Source of the DNA: Promethearchaeota archaeon
GTDB lineage: Archaea; Asgardarchaeota; Lokiarchaeia; Sigyniarchaeales; SOKP01
Direction of reading: 5' to 3'
Length of the DNA stretch: 64,000 nucleotides
NCBI GenBank assembly: GCA_048941285.1
Contig: JBHLNS010000004.1
Coordinates: 64,001-128,000, forward strand
In this document: one piece after another, positions 56,701 to 64,000 of the stretch
How positions within the stretch are numbered: position 1 is the first letter of the stretch
How the letters are laid out: the number at the start of each line of letters is the position of its first letter
Made by a program: the position numbers and the translations under genes
The notes under the pieces: model-generated
Told to the model about the DNA's origin: nothing
Seen by the model: the letters and a program-made list of their open reading frames with translations, nothing else
Databases searched by the model: none

Positions 56701-58543
56701 GATCGCTAACTACACTATTTACCATCATATTTCTAATAAGAGCATCAATCGCAGCCTGAAGATTTATTCTTCCATACCCTTCATGAATATCTTTTAAACC
56801 AACAGTCATTGGAGAGATGGATAATGATGGAGAATATTCACTTTCATCAACAGATGTAGAAGGATCATCTTCTCTTTGAAGATTGGTTTCTGAAGCTGTC
56901 ATCAATAAAATTGCCTTAACATATTTAACATATTTTGTTAAATCAAGATTATTCCATTGATTCCAATTATTCCATCTTGCTTCTATTAATATATTAATAG
57001 CTGCCGATACTATTGCTGTTGCAATTGAAGTTCCATAGGATGCAGTAGCTTTATCAATTTCTTCACCAGCTCCAATTATCGAACGGTGCCCCGGTATTTT
57101 ACTTCCACCAGGAGCAACAATATCTGGTTTAATTATATTTTCCACATTTTCACCTATACTACTATAAGATGTAACTTGATCTTTATCATTTATAGCTCCT
57201 ACTACTATGGCATTTTTATTTTCTGCTAATTTATTTAAGGAATTTGAAAATTCAATACCGTTATTACCTGCCGCAATAACTACTAAAACACCAGTCTCAA
57301 TTACATCATCTATGGCGGCATTTGCAGTTATTAGATCTTCTCCTAAAGTACCAATACTTAAGCAAACACTAATGATATGATCTATATCCCTATTTTCGAT
57401 TACACTAGCTAAAGCTGATATTAAATCGGATGTATATCCTCTTCCAGATTGATTTAAAATTTTATAAGCAACAATTTTTGTAGCATTGGCTATCCCTGTA
57501 AAATAATTTCTGTTTTCAATTGGGTATTCAGGAAAATAAGTAATTTTTGTATCGAAAGAAAAACTAGGTTTGCTTTGAATTAATTTATGATATTTCAGAT
57601 ATAGATCATAAACACCTAGGTTATCTTGGGTGAGAGCTTGGTTTATAATATAATAACTACCAGGAATTTCATTATAAGAATTTTGAACTAAAGTTTCATT
57701 ATAATATAATTCAAACCAAAATTTATCGATTCCGGGAGTTTCTAATTCCCAGGAAGAATTAATTAGAATATTTGAACCTACTTTTGACGCATTAAAAGAG
57801 AAAATCTTTAACTTAAAATTTCCTGGGGCTGAGTATTCTCCAAATAATTCGATATGAGAATAATTCCCTTTAATTTTAATTGTTGAAGGGATAATTGAAT
57901 CATATCGATCTATTCCTGTTCCAGTAATAATTGAAGATATTAAAGTACCATGCCCATTATCATCAGATATCGGTTGAAAATCGACAAAGTTTTGCCAACC
58001 TACAATATCTCCACTTAAATCTAAAGGACTATATCCATCTGGAAAAAAATTATGATTAGGATTAATACCAGTATCCAATACTGCGACAGAAGAGTCTGTA
58101 TTACCTTTTAGTCCATCTAAAAACCATGTTGAGTTGACAGCACCAACTTGAATTGAGGCATAATTCATTTGGGCTTCTAATATTTCATTATTTTCTATTG
58201 TGGCATCCGGAAAATCATTTTGAAAAGCTGTCTTATTCGATTCTAAAGGCATAATACCTGCAAATCCTGAAGTGGATATAAATTTATTATTCCATTCCTC
58301 ATTAATAGTTCCTCCATAATATTCAAAACGAGATGTGACTGAACTATTATATGATTGTTTCTTAAAGGAGACAATAATATTTTTACTATATAAACCTGAA
58401 TTTAAAGGATTTTTCTCCTTTTGTGAGTTATTTGATAATTGAGAAGTGAATCTACTTGAATTGGGGAAATAATGAAAAATACAAGTAAATGAAATTATTA
58501 AAATAATCAATAAAATAATGGAATATTTCTGTTTCTTCATCAA
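53717..58543 (-). CDS. Membrane-anchored S8 (subtilisin-like) peptidase with beta-sandwich repeats, Ig-like domain, TM and cytoplasmic zinc fingers
   Basis: VAVLDTG (Asp), DDNGHGT (His), AAGNNG (oxyanion Asn), KPDIVAPG, GTSIAT (Ser), GYGRIN; TM WWLLWGPYIILIGVIGVVMISLFIFA; CKSC, CPIC, CSNC, CKNKKC in the tail; GAGGTG upstream. Confidence 0.88.
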   Translation of the reverse strand: MMKKQKYSIILLIILIISFTCIFHYFPNSSRFTSQLSNNSQKEKNPLNSGLYSKNIIVSFKKQSYNSSVTSRFEYYGGTINEEWNNKFISTSGFAGIMPLESNKTAFQNDFPDATIENNEILEAQMNYASIQVGAVNSTWFLDGLKGNTDSSVAVLDTGINPNHNFFPDGYSPLDLSGDIVGWQNFVDFQPISDDNGHGTLISSIITGTGIDRYDSIIPSTIKIKGNYSHIELFGEYSAPGNFKLKIFSFNASKVGSNILINSSWELETPGIDKFWFELYYNETLVQNSYNEIPGSYYIINQALTQDNLGVYDLYLKYHKLIQSKPSFSFDTKITYFPEYPIENRNYFTGIANATKIVAYKILNQSGRGYTSDLISALASVIENRDIDHIISVCLSIGTLGEDLITANAAIDDVIETGVLVVIAAGNNGIEFSNSLNKLAENKNAIVVGAINDKDQVTSYSSIGENVENIIKPDIVAPGGSKIPGHRSIIGAGEEIDKATASYGTSIATAIVSAAINILIEARWNNWNQWNNLDLTKYVKYVKAILLMTASETNLQREDDPSTSVDESEYSPSLSISPMTVGLKDIHEGYGRINLQAAIDALIRNMMVNSVVSDHLVSSEVNPLGKHVFARQIELTEDVQYSFSLSVDTPEANFDFFLFSNETNQYGEPILLQSSRKWYGDFDNFYFIPKNNQTNCVIIVKAIEGTSDFTLNISTVNNLFRPELRIAEINYFEGSKNTTVMSLQEYMGGQPQKNYTIDSYRFYIEYFDNDTSNVPPQEVYVSILELSRNYSLTQLYALDNIYTDGAIFMSDYIQFPRSGIYHYFFVASDGSFTTRFPYSKQFNIKIEFPTDSIRFPNYHNFNDGIGNWTYTGIGWEIMSQNNINDNRSRIYKDSWHSMYFGTYHNNPDNYTYQPIRVTEDPYPNGTLISPLYNLTDINQIHTKPYAKFGFRVSLNSGDFIYLQINLNWTGWVTLETYTNIEQEWFMEEINLTQYIGNFVQFRFDTALDEEFDSVNYKGLILDYFAIVNYTNENYPLIKFDINNNIPFTQDSKYQKYTFSLEYFDLDNNYPEFVYLELDSTNYSMYNIYGDWNASSNNFIDWGIYFTRSVLLEEISSQSFRFHVSDGKYVNSTPLYNKNNSLFKFINPNPLYFNLFKDGKNIGYEFSNTHLDDYYISGSPSPKENTAWFKADNTWHPITRLNQPYLYGGRGQSYGGFEQGYGINWDSNLITRPLHLGSKYKVYLEFDYEISLQNEFYQPEEQLDRCIISISKDFGEKWIILKEFTYDSEDLSGSKRFDISQYSGEDIMVMFTLHSNNNIIGIGYGWLLSNIYLGYDKSSDFIAPEIRIMNPEPEINLKSLVVIRANITDNIGLDESRIYIFLNNISVDRSKLNFNNSIGLLEFNWNTANYNDGPFEIRIVAYDKEGNKAESFINVSVNNVRWWLLWGPYIILIGVIGVVMISLFIFAEKKGKIWIQNIKNIRAEKIRLKDIDKDQVIKRIELIEQEEELQKPLTLYCKSCRSWFYSNKFDIMCPICEHDQIYAAYNCSNCGRWFLKDAPGENYYCKNKKCKGVRLIRKEKEEVEAILAEEGKFPREFKSKKKKFSVLDI

Positions 58544-58555
58544 TTTAAAACACCT

Positions 58556-61500
58556 CTATTCATTATCTTTCATTATTTCATTAATTTCTTTATTTTGTTC
58601 TACATCAGTTATACCAACTTTAGAGTTTTTCGACATTATATTTAATTTTCCTCTTAAAGTATTATCTATCTTGAAAATTGATTCCCTTGAGCTAAGTTCA
58701 AAAATGTGCATTTCAGATCTTTCATATGCTCTTCTCTTTTTTTTATATTTTTTAATTTGCCATAAATAGATACTCAAAATTAGTAAACCTAATAATATTG
58801 GTAAAGCTAAATAGAAAAATTGTATAACTCTTGGAGTTATAATTTTTACTATTACTATATTTGAAGTTGCTTCATTTTCATATAAATAGTAAAATTTAAT
58901 ACATGCTGGCTTTAAACTTACCAAATTTTGTCTTCTACCTTTAATTGTATAATTAAACACTACCTTTTCACCTGGCTTTAAGGAAATTATTAACTTAATT
59001 AAGTTTCCTTTCATTAAAGAGAAATCAGCTTGAGAATAACTAATCATATCATTAACCTTTATATTCTCAATGCTAATTGTTCCTGTATTCTCTACTTCTA
59101 TGAATACGATTATTTCATCTCCTATTTCAATTTGATTTTTACTAACAGATTTTGTAATTTTAAAATCAATCTCTCCTAAGATTTTGAATGTTGAACTAGA
59201 TATTTGTAGAGTTCTACTTTCTAAACTCTTAATGAAATTTATAGGAGGATAATAATATCCTTTCCACCCGATCTTTCTCAAAGTAATATTAAAGGAGATT
59301 GAATCATTTATGTCTTCAAAATAAGGTATAAAAGTGTCTATTCTTCTTAAATCTCCAAATTGATCATTCATCATTATGGAAAGATCTGGTATCTTTATAC
59401 CTTCTGGGTCAATTTTTTTAATATTTATGGTAAGATTAAAGACTTCTCCGATTGCCGGGGCAATGTTATTCAAGTTAGCATAACTAATGTTAATAATTCT
59501 AACAAATGGAAATTTATCTTTGTAATTAACAGGTGCTGAGATAAAAACTTGGTTAGTGAAACTGATTAATTTAGAAGAATTTCCTCCTTCAACATTTTTT
59601 GGATTATGATAAACTATTGAAATTTCACTTAAAGATATTGAATTCGGGATATAAAATGTAAAATTAATTGTTTTTTCTTCTGAAGGAGCTAATTTTGCCA
59701 AATAATATGATAGATTATTATTATTAATAGTGAAATTGTTAATTAGATCTACAATACCGGGGATTAATACTGAAATTGTTATATTCTTGGCAATTTCTGA
59801 TCCGATATTCTTAAATTTAATGAAATAGGTATTTAATTCACCTGGTTTGGTGCTGTAATCACTTAAATAGGAATTAGCAACAATTGATGCTCCTCCATAA
59901 GTACATAAAGGTATTGAGTTAGAGGTTCTTTCAAATTGTATATAACCTGATGAAGACCCATATATTACCTTTGATCCAGAATCATCATTAAAATTAATAT
60001 CTCTTACCGAAAATTCAATATCTAAATCATTGATAGAGATATTAAATTTTACTGTTCGAGACACAGTTATTTTAAAAAGGATTGTAAAGTTTTGTTGATC
60101 TAATGGATAAAATAGCCAGTCTAAACTATTATTTTGATGAATAATTGAGAATGTCCATGTATTATTTATATTAGTTTCTAAATAAGGAGTCATATCTTTA
60201 AATTCTTCAATATTAAAATCGAAAATTTCAAAATTAAATGCTTCTAAGTCTATAGATGCATTTATATCTACAATAAAAGAAACTCTTTCTAATTTATTAT
60301 TTTCAAAATCAATATCTGTTGTATTTTTAAAGATAAAATCTATGTCAACTCTTTGTTCAAAGAATTTTTCTACAGAACCAATTATCCAACTTTCATCATC
60401 AGTTGACAGAGCCATATCCGCGTTAGTACCACTGAGAGGTATTCCAGAAATAATTTCAGGAGTTGTAGGTGCAGATTGGATTGTGAAATTGTCACGGTAA
60501 AAAGGAGTAAAGGAATCTAAATTAGCAATTGAATAATTATTGATTCTATACGATATTAATTTTCCAGGTTCTAATTTCCAATTATTATCATTCCATATGC
60601 TATAAGTATTTGTAAAAATATCTTTTAGTTCATTTGGAGTAAATCCTAAAGCATTTAAGGCTGTAATTAATTGAGGATAACCTGTAATAATAATATCAAT
60701 AACATGGGCCATATCTTCATTATAGGGTGATAAATTTGTTAAATTAAGGAAATCTGGATAAAACGTGTCAAAAATTCCGATACCAAAAGAATCAAAATAA
60801 AATATTCTTGGATCTTCATTGAAATTAAAAAAATCTTCTATAGAATCATATTGATTAGGATATTCTACACGAACTACATCCCATATAACATCTTGAAATT
60901 GATCTGCTAGTGGTTGATTTCCAAATGTAAGAAGAAGGAAAAAATCATTAAGTTCAATTGGAATTTGAGTAGGAACCCCCCATATAGTATCATTACCTAC
61001 ATTTTCTGCTGTTATATAATAAGAAAAATTATGAAATGCACCATAAGTTGCATTTCCTCCAACAATTTCCTTTTTGAGTAATAAATTAGGTTCAGAATTA
61101 GAAATTGTATAGGTTACTGATAAATCTACTATTGGATTCACAATTCCAGTTGGAATAAAAGATATCCCTTGGAAACCACCTAATTGTAAGAAATTTATTA
61201 TATCACTAGAGTCTTTTAAATTAACTGGTTTAACATATGAACGCTTAATACCCTCCTCATCAACCCAAAAAAAATCAAATGAATAATCTTTAAGATCTTG
61301 AGTATCAAAATCAATCCCTGCAAGATAAAAAAGGAGTCCTAGTTGTTCTAGAAGATAATCGCTAAATTTAAAATTCTTTGGAGTTACATCAATAATTTCT
61401 GTACATAATATATTTATTTCAATATCACTCATAAAAGCACCGATTAATGCGATATAGATTTTTTCACTAGGTGATAACGGGGCTCCGTTGTAACCTAAGG

Positions 61501-62512
61501 CATCCCATAAATTGAATTCATATTGATTTTTCCCAACTTTTTGTATTCCTTCATCCAAGCCTTCATATTGAATTGAAATAGTTGTGTAATGTGAATTATT
61601 TGAAAGTGTAAATGAACTTAGGATATCTACAAATTGTTCTAATTCATCTTCAGAAACTGTAGCATTAAATAATTCTCCAAAATTTTCTAAGATAATGTCA
61701 AACTGATTAATTAGGTTCTTAATCTCTAAATTTTCTAAGAAAGATAAGTCTAGAGCATCTAAATTAAAGTTTACCTGATCCATTGAGATATCATATTCTC
61801 CTTCAAAAAAGTCTAAAGAATTAAGGATCATAATAGATGAAGAAATATAGTTATTTTGAATATAATCTTGGCTAGTTAAGCGGTTTATATCTAAAGCACT
61901 CCAATATCCATCCATTGGAAAATTATTCATAAGCTCATCAAAAAAACACACCCAATTTGGACATAATCCAATAAAAGGAAAAAAGTTGGGTTCTGATACA
62001 TTAATCATTATTAGATCAATCTTGAATTTTCTTCTGATTATTTCTAAAGCTCTTTCTGCTCTCATTTCAGCATCTTCAGGATTCAAGACATCATCATAAA
62101 AAAGAAATCCAACAAAATTGTTAAATCCTACAAGAAATTGGGAGGGAATGTTACTCTCAGTTAAAATTCTTGGAAATATCTCAGGATTTATTCCATTTGA
62201 CGCACTTATTAATAAATTACTTTTATAAAAGGCAGGATCATTTGAATCAAATTGAGAAAGAATATTTGTATCGTTTGTAAAGAGAGATTGCTTAATTATT
62301 GATTTATTCCCCGCAACAAATGCATTAATCTTTTCAGCATAAAGATCTGAGCCTGCAACATCAGAGAGATTTAAATTATTATATTCCGACCCTAGTACTA
62401 AGTCCTCTTTTATATTTTTATGTTTAATAGTTGTTTCTAAAACTAAATTTAAAGGGGTAATAAAAACCGTTGAAAGTAAAATGCAAATGATAATCAATTT
62501 ATTTTTTTTCAA
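58556..62512 (-). CDS. Large membrane-anchored surface protein with DUF11/BatD/TRAP-beta-like Ig domains
   Basis: Signal peptide; repeated K....GD/GE....I..EN.G.....NI.V.D units; many N-x-S/T sequons; C-terminal TM followed by KKYKKKRR. Confidence 0.78.
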   Translation of the reverse strand: MKKNKLIIICILLSTVFITPLNLVLETTIKHKNIKEDLVLGSEYNNLNLSDVAGSDLYAEKINAFVAGNKSIIKQSLFTNDTNILSQFDSNDPAFYKSNLLISASNGINPEIFPRILTESNIPSQFLVGFNNFVGFLFYDDVLNPEDAEMRAERALEIIRRKFKIDLIMINVSEPNFFPFIGLCPNWVCFFDELMNNFPMDGYWSALDINRLTSQDYIQNNYISSSIMILNSLDFFEGEYDISMDQVNFNLDALDLSFLENLEIKNLINQFDIILENFGELFNATVSEDELEQFVDILSSFTLSNNSHYTTISIQYEGLDEGIQKVGKNQYEFNLWDALGYNGAPLSPSEKIYIALIGAFMSDIEINILCTEIIDVTPKNFKFSDYLLEQLGLLFYLAGIDFDTQDLKDYSFDFFWVDEEGIKRSYVKPVNLKDSSDIINFLQLGGFQGISFIPTGIVNPIVDLSVTYTISNSEPNLLLKKEIVGGNATYGAFHNFSYYITAENVGNDTIWGVPTQIPIELNDFFLLLTFGNQPLADQFQDVIWDVVRVEYPNQYDSIEDFFNFNEDPRIFYFDSFGIGIFDTFYPDFLNLTNLSPYNEDMAHVIDIIITGYPQLITALNALGFTPNELKDIFTNTYSIWNDNNWKLEPGKLISYRINNYSIANLDSFTPFYRDNFTIQSAPTTPEIISGIPLSGTNADMALSTDDESWIIGSVEKFFEQRVDIDFIFKNTTDIDFENNKLERVSFIVDINASIDLEAFNFEIFDFNIEEFKDMTPYLETNINNTWTFSIIHQNNSLDWLFYPLDQQNFTILFKITVSRTVKFNISINDLDIEFSVRDINFNDDSGSKVIYGSSSGYIQFERTSNSIPLCTYGGASIVANSYLSDYSTKPGELNTYFIKFKNIGSEIAKNITISVLIPGIVDLINNFTINNNNLSYYLAKLAPSEEKTINFTFYIPNSISLSEISIVYHNPKNVEGGNSSKLISFTNQVFISAPVNYKDKFPFVRIINISYANLNNIAPAIGEVFNLTINIKKIDPEGIKIPDLSIMMNDQFGDLRRIDTFIPYFEDINDSISFNITLRKIGWKGYYYPPINFIKSLESRTLQISSSTFKILGEIDFKITKSVSKNQIEIGDEIIVFIEVENTGTISIENIKVNDMISYSQADFSLMKGNLIKLIISLKPGEKVVFNYTIKGRRQNLVSLKPACIKFYYLYENEATSNIVIVKIITPRVIQFFYLALPILLGLLILSIYLWQIKKYKKKRRAYERSEMHIFELSSRESIFKIDNTLRGKLNIMSKNSKVGITDVEQNKEINEIMKDNE

Positions 62513-62527
62513 TTCCTTTTCCCTTTG

Positions 62528-64000
62528 CTAAACTGTTTCTCTATAAATTTCAACAATCTTTTGTTTTCTCGCTTTTCTTAGCAATATTTTCATTCCAAAG
62601 AAAATCATTAAAATCGACAAAGCATAAATTAAAATTATATTATTCCAAGGCACATAGAGAACATTGGGCATTCCCAATAACGTACCCATCATTTGGCTTG
62701 TAACCAACCAACTTGTAAGCCAACCCACTATAATCCCTATAGTTCCACTGCTAATCATAATGATCAAGGATTCTAATATAAATAATCTATTAATTTCTCT
62801 CCCTTTAAGACCTAATGTTCTTACAATACCAATCTCTTTCTTTCTCTCTATTATGGTTGAATATGATGAAGATAATAACCCAAAAACACAAATAAATACA
62901 GTAGTAAGAGCTATTAATGTAAATAATGTATCTAATACAAAAAAAGCTGACTGTTGTTGGGCTACGCTTCTGGCAAGATTGGTTATATCATAATTATATT
63001 CAGATTGATAATTTTCATTTATCATTCCTTCAATGATCAGAGATTTTGATACTTTATCTCCTCGGAGTTTAATAAAAACTCTGTCTAAATAAGGAATTGG
63101 TGGTATATCCATAATTTCAATATAAGTATCTTGAGAAATTAACACACCTCCTCTCTGTGCCATCATAGTAGAACCAGAAAATTCTTGAGAAAACCCAGGC
63201 ATGCTTTTTGCAATTCCAACAATTAGAAAAGGATAAACTTCCTTTTCATCTCCTCTATATATAACTAAACGTACATTATCTCCCATTAACAAATTCATAT
63301 CTAGGGCAATTGATTCAGAAATAATACAAGTGTGGATTTGATCATTGTAAAATAGCTCATTAAAAGACGAATCTTTACTTCCTGAAGTCATTTCAATATA
63401 CTCACTTCTCACTGTGAATGGATACTCTTCGTCAATTCCAATTAAAGTTATCTCTTTTGTGGATAATCCAGCATAATCACCAATTTCAGCATTAAATTCT
63501 TTGTTTTCTTCTGCATAAATTTGGGTTAATTGATAAGGCTTTGCTAAAACAGAGCTAACTTTTTCAATACCGTCTATTGCCATTAGCTCTTCTTCAAATT
63601 CAATAGTGAGAATTCTATTTGGATTTATTGATGAATCTGCAGTCTGTAATTTTCCCTTATCAAAGAGACTGCTTTTTAAAATTTCATTAGAAACCATTCC
63701 ACCACCAAAAATACCACCTCCTCCCGAATCTTCAGGTTCTTCCCATCCAGTAGTCTCCATAAGTAAATCTGATCCATATGCTAATTTTGTCATAGCTGTT
63801 GATTGTGCTGACAATGTATTAATAAGAGAAGAAGTGAAAATCACAAATGAGAAGGATAATGCAAAAATAATAATCGTACTTGAATTTCTACGCTGATAAC
63901 GAAAAACAAAAATCTTTATCACATTATATAATCTTCTAGAAATTGGTCTAAATGCTTCAATGATTAACCTTATTATAATAGGGATCAATCCTAATCCGGC
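62528..64000 (-). CDS. MacB/FtsX-type ABC permease, C-terminal half (5' part lies beyond the window)
   Basis: ERKKEIGIVRTLG...FILES. The frame is open to the window edge (AGLGLIP) and aligns with the mid-point of the 50710-53700 paralog (RRNSSTIIIFALSFSF vs RRNTSTVIMFSISFSF). Confidence 0.9.
   Translation of the reverse strand, partial: AGLGLIPIIIRLIIEAFRPISRRLYNVIKIFVFRYQRRNSSTIIIFALSFSFVIFTSSLINTLSAQSTAMTKLAYGSDLLMETTGWEEPEDSGGGGIFGGGMVSNEILKSSLFDKGKLQTADSSINPNRILTIEFEEELMAIDGIEKVSSVLAKPYQLTQIYAEENKEFNAEIGDYAGLSTKEITLIGIDEEYPFTVRSEYIEMTSGSKDSSFNELFYNDQIHTCIISESIALDMNLLMGDNVRLVIYRGDEKEVYPFLIVGIAKSMPGFSQEFSGSTMMAQRGGVLISQDTYIEIMDIPPIPYLDRVFIKLRGDKVSKSLIIEGMINENYQSEYNYDITNLARSVAQQQSAFFVLDTLFTLIALTTVFICVFGLLSSSYSTIIERKKEIGIVRTLGLKGREINRLFILESLIIMISSGTIGIIVGWLTSWLVTSQMMGTLLGMPNVLYVPWNNIILIYALSILMIFFGMKILLRKARKQKIVEIYRETV

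Noticed and set aside
2076-63896. Numerous 60-160 aa ORFs antisense to, or frame-shifted within, recognised genes (e.g. 2076-2348, 18444-18881, 21239-21706, 21926-22408, 25343-25609, 38749-38946, 62664-62993)
   Set aside because: They overlap well-supported genes, show Ser/Phe/Ile-rich shadow composition and carry no family motifs
1-64000. CRISPR arrays, rRNA genes, transposases, tRNA introns
   Set aside because: No regularly spaced direct repeats, no long GC-rich RNA-like tract, no transposase motifs, and both tRNAs are uninterrupted

Overview
AT-rich archaeal chromosome segment, most likely from an Asgard archaeon of the Lokiarchaeia type. The call rests on archaeal eS1/uS15 ribosomal proteins, archaeal tRNAs, GGAGG/GAGGTG ribosome-binding motifs, and a set of eukaryotic-signature proteins: ESCRT-II Vps22- and Vps25-like, Vps4, ESCRT-III, a Rab-like GTPase, and longin/roadblock/DENN-like proteins. 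The window holds about 55 genes, two tRNAs (Gly-GCC, Val-GAC), two small gene relics (MFS C-terminus, GH2 N-terminus) and several intergenic palindromes. I saw no CRISPR array, rRNA, integrase or transposase. The most distinctive unexplained system is a tightly packed minus-strand operon at 50710-64000: two paralogous MacB/FtsX-type permeases flank a 1318-aa membrane-anchored DUF11/TRAP-beta-like protein and a 1608-aa single-pass subtilase with a cytoplasmic Cys-rich zinc-finger tail. Other points of interest are a Nop2/Nip7 pair abutting the ESCRT locus, a Rab with an altered G3 motif, a nickel-pincer (larB/larC) neighbourhood with a His-insert NikR, and a short alpha3-truncated, bacterial-type histone. 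All family calls come from motif recognition by eye; no searches were run.
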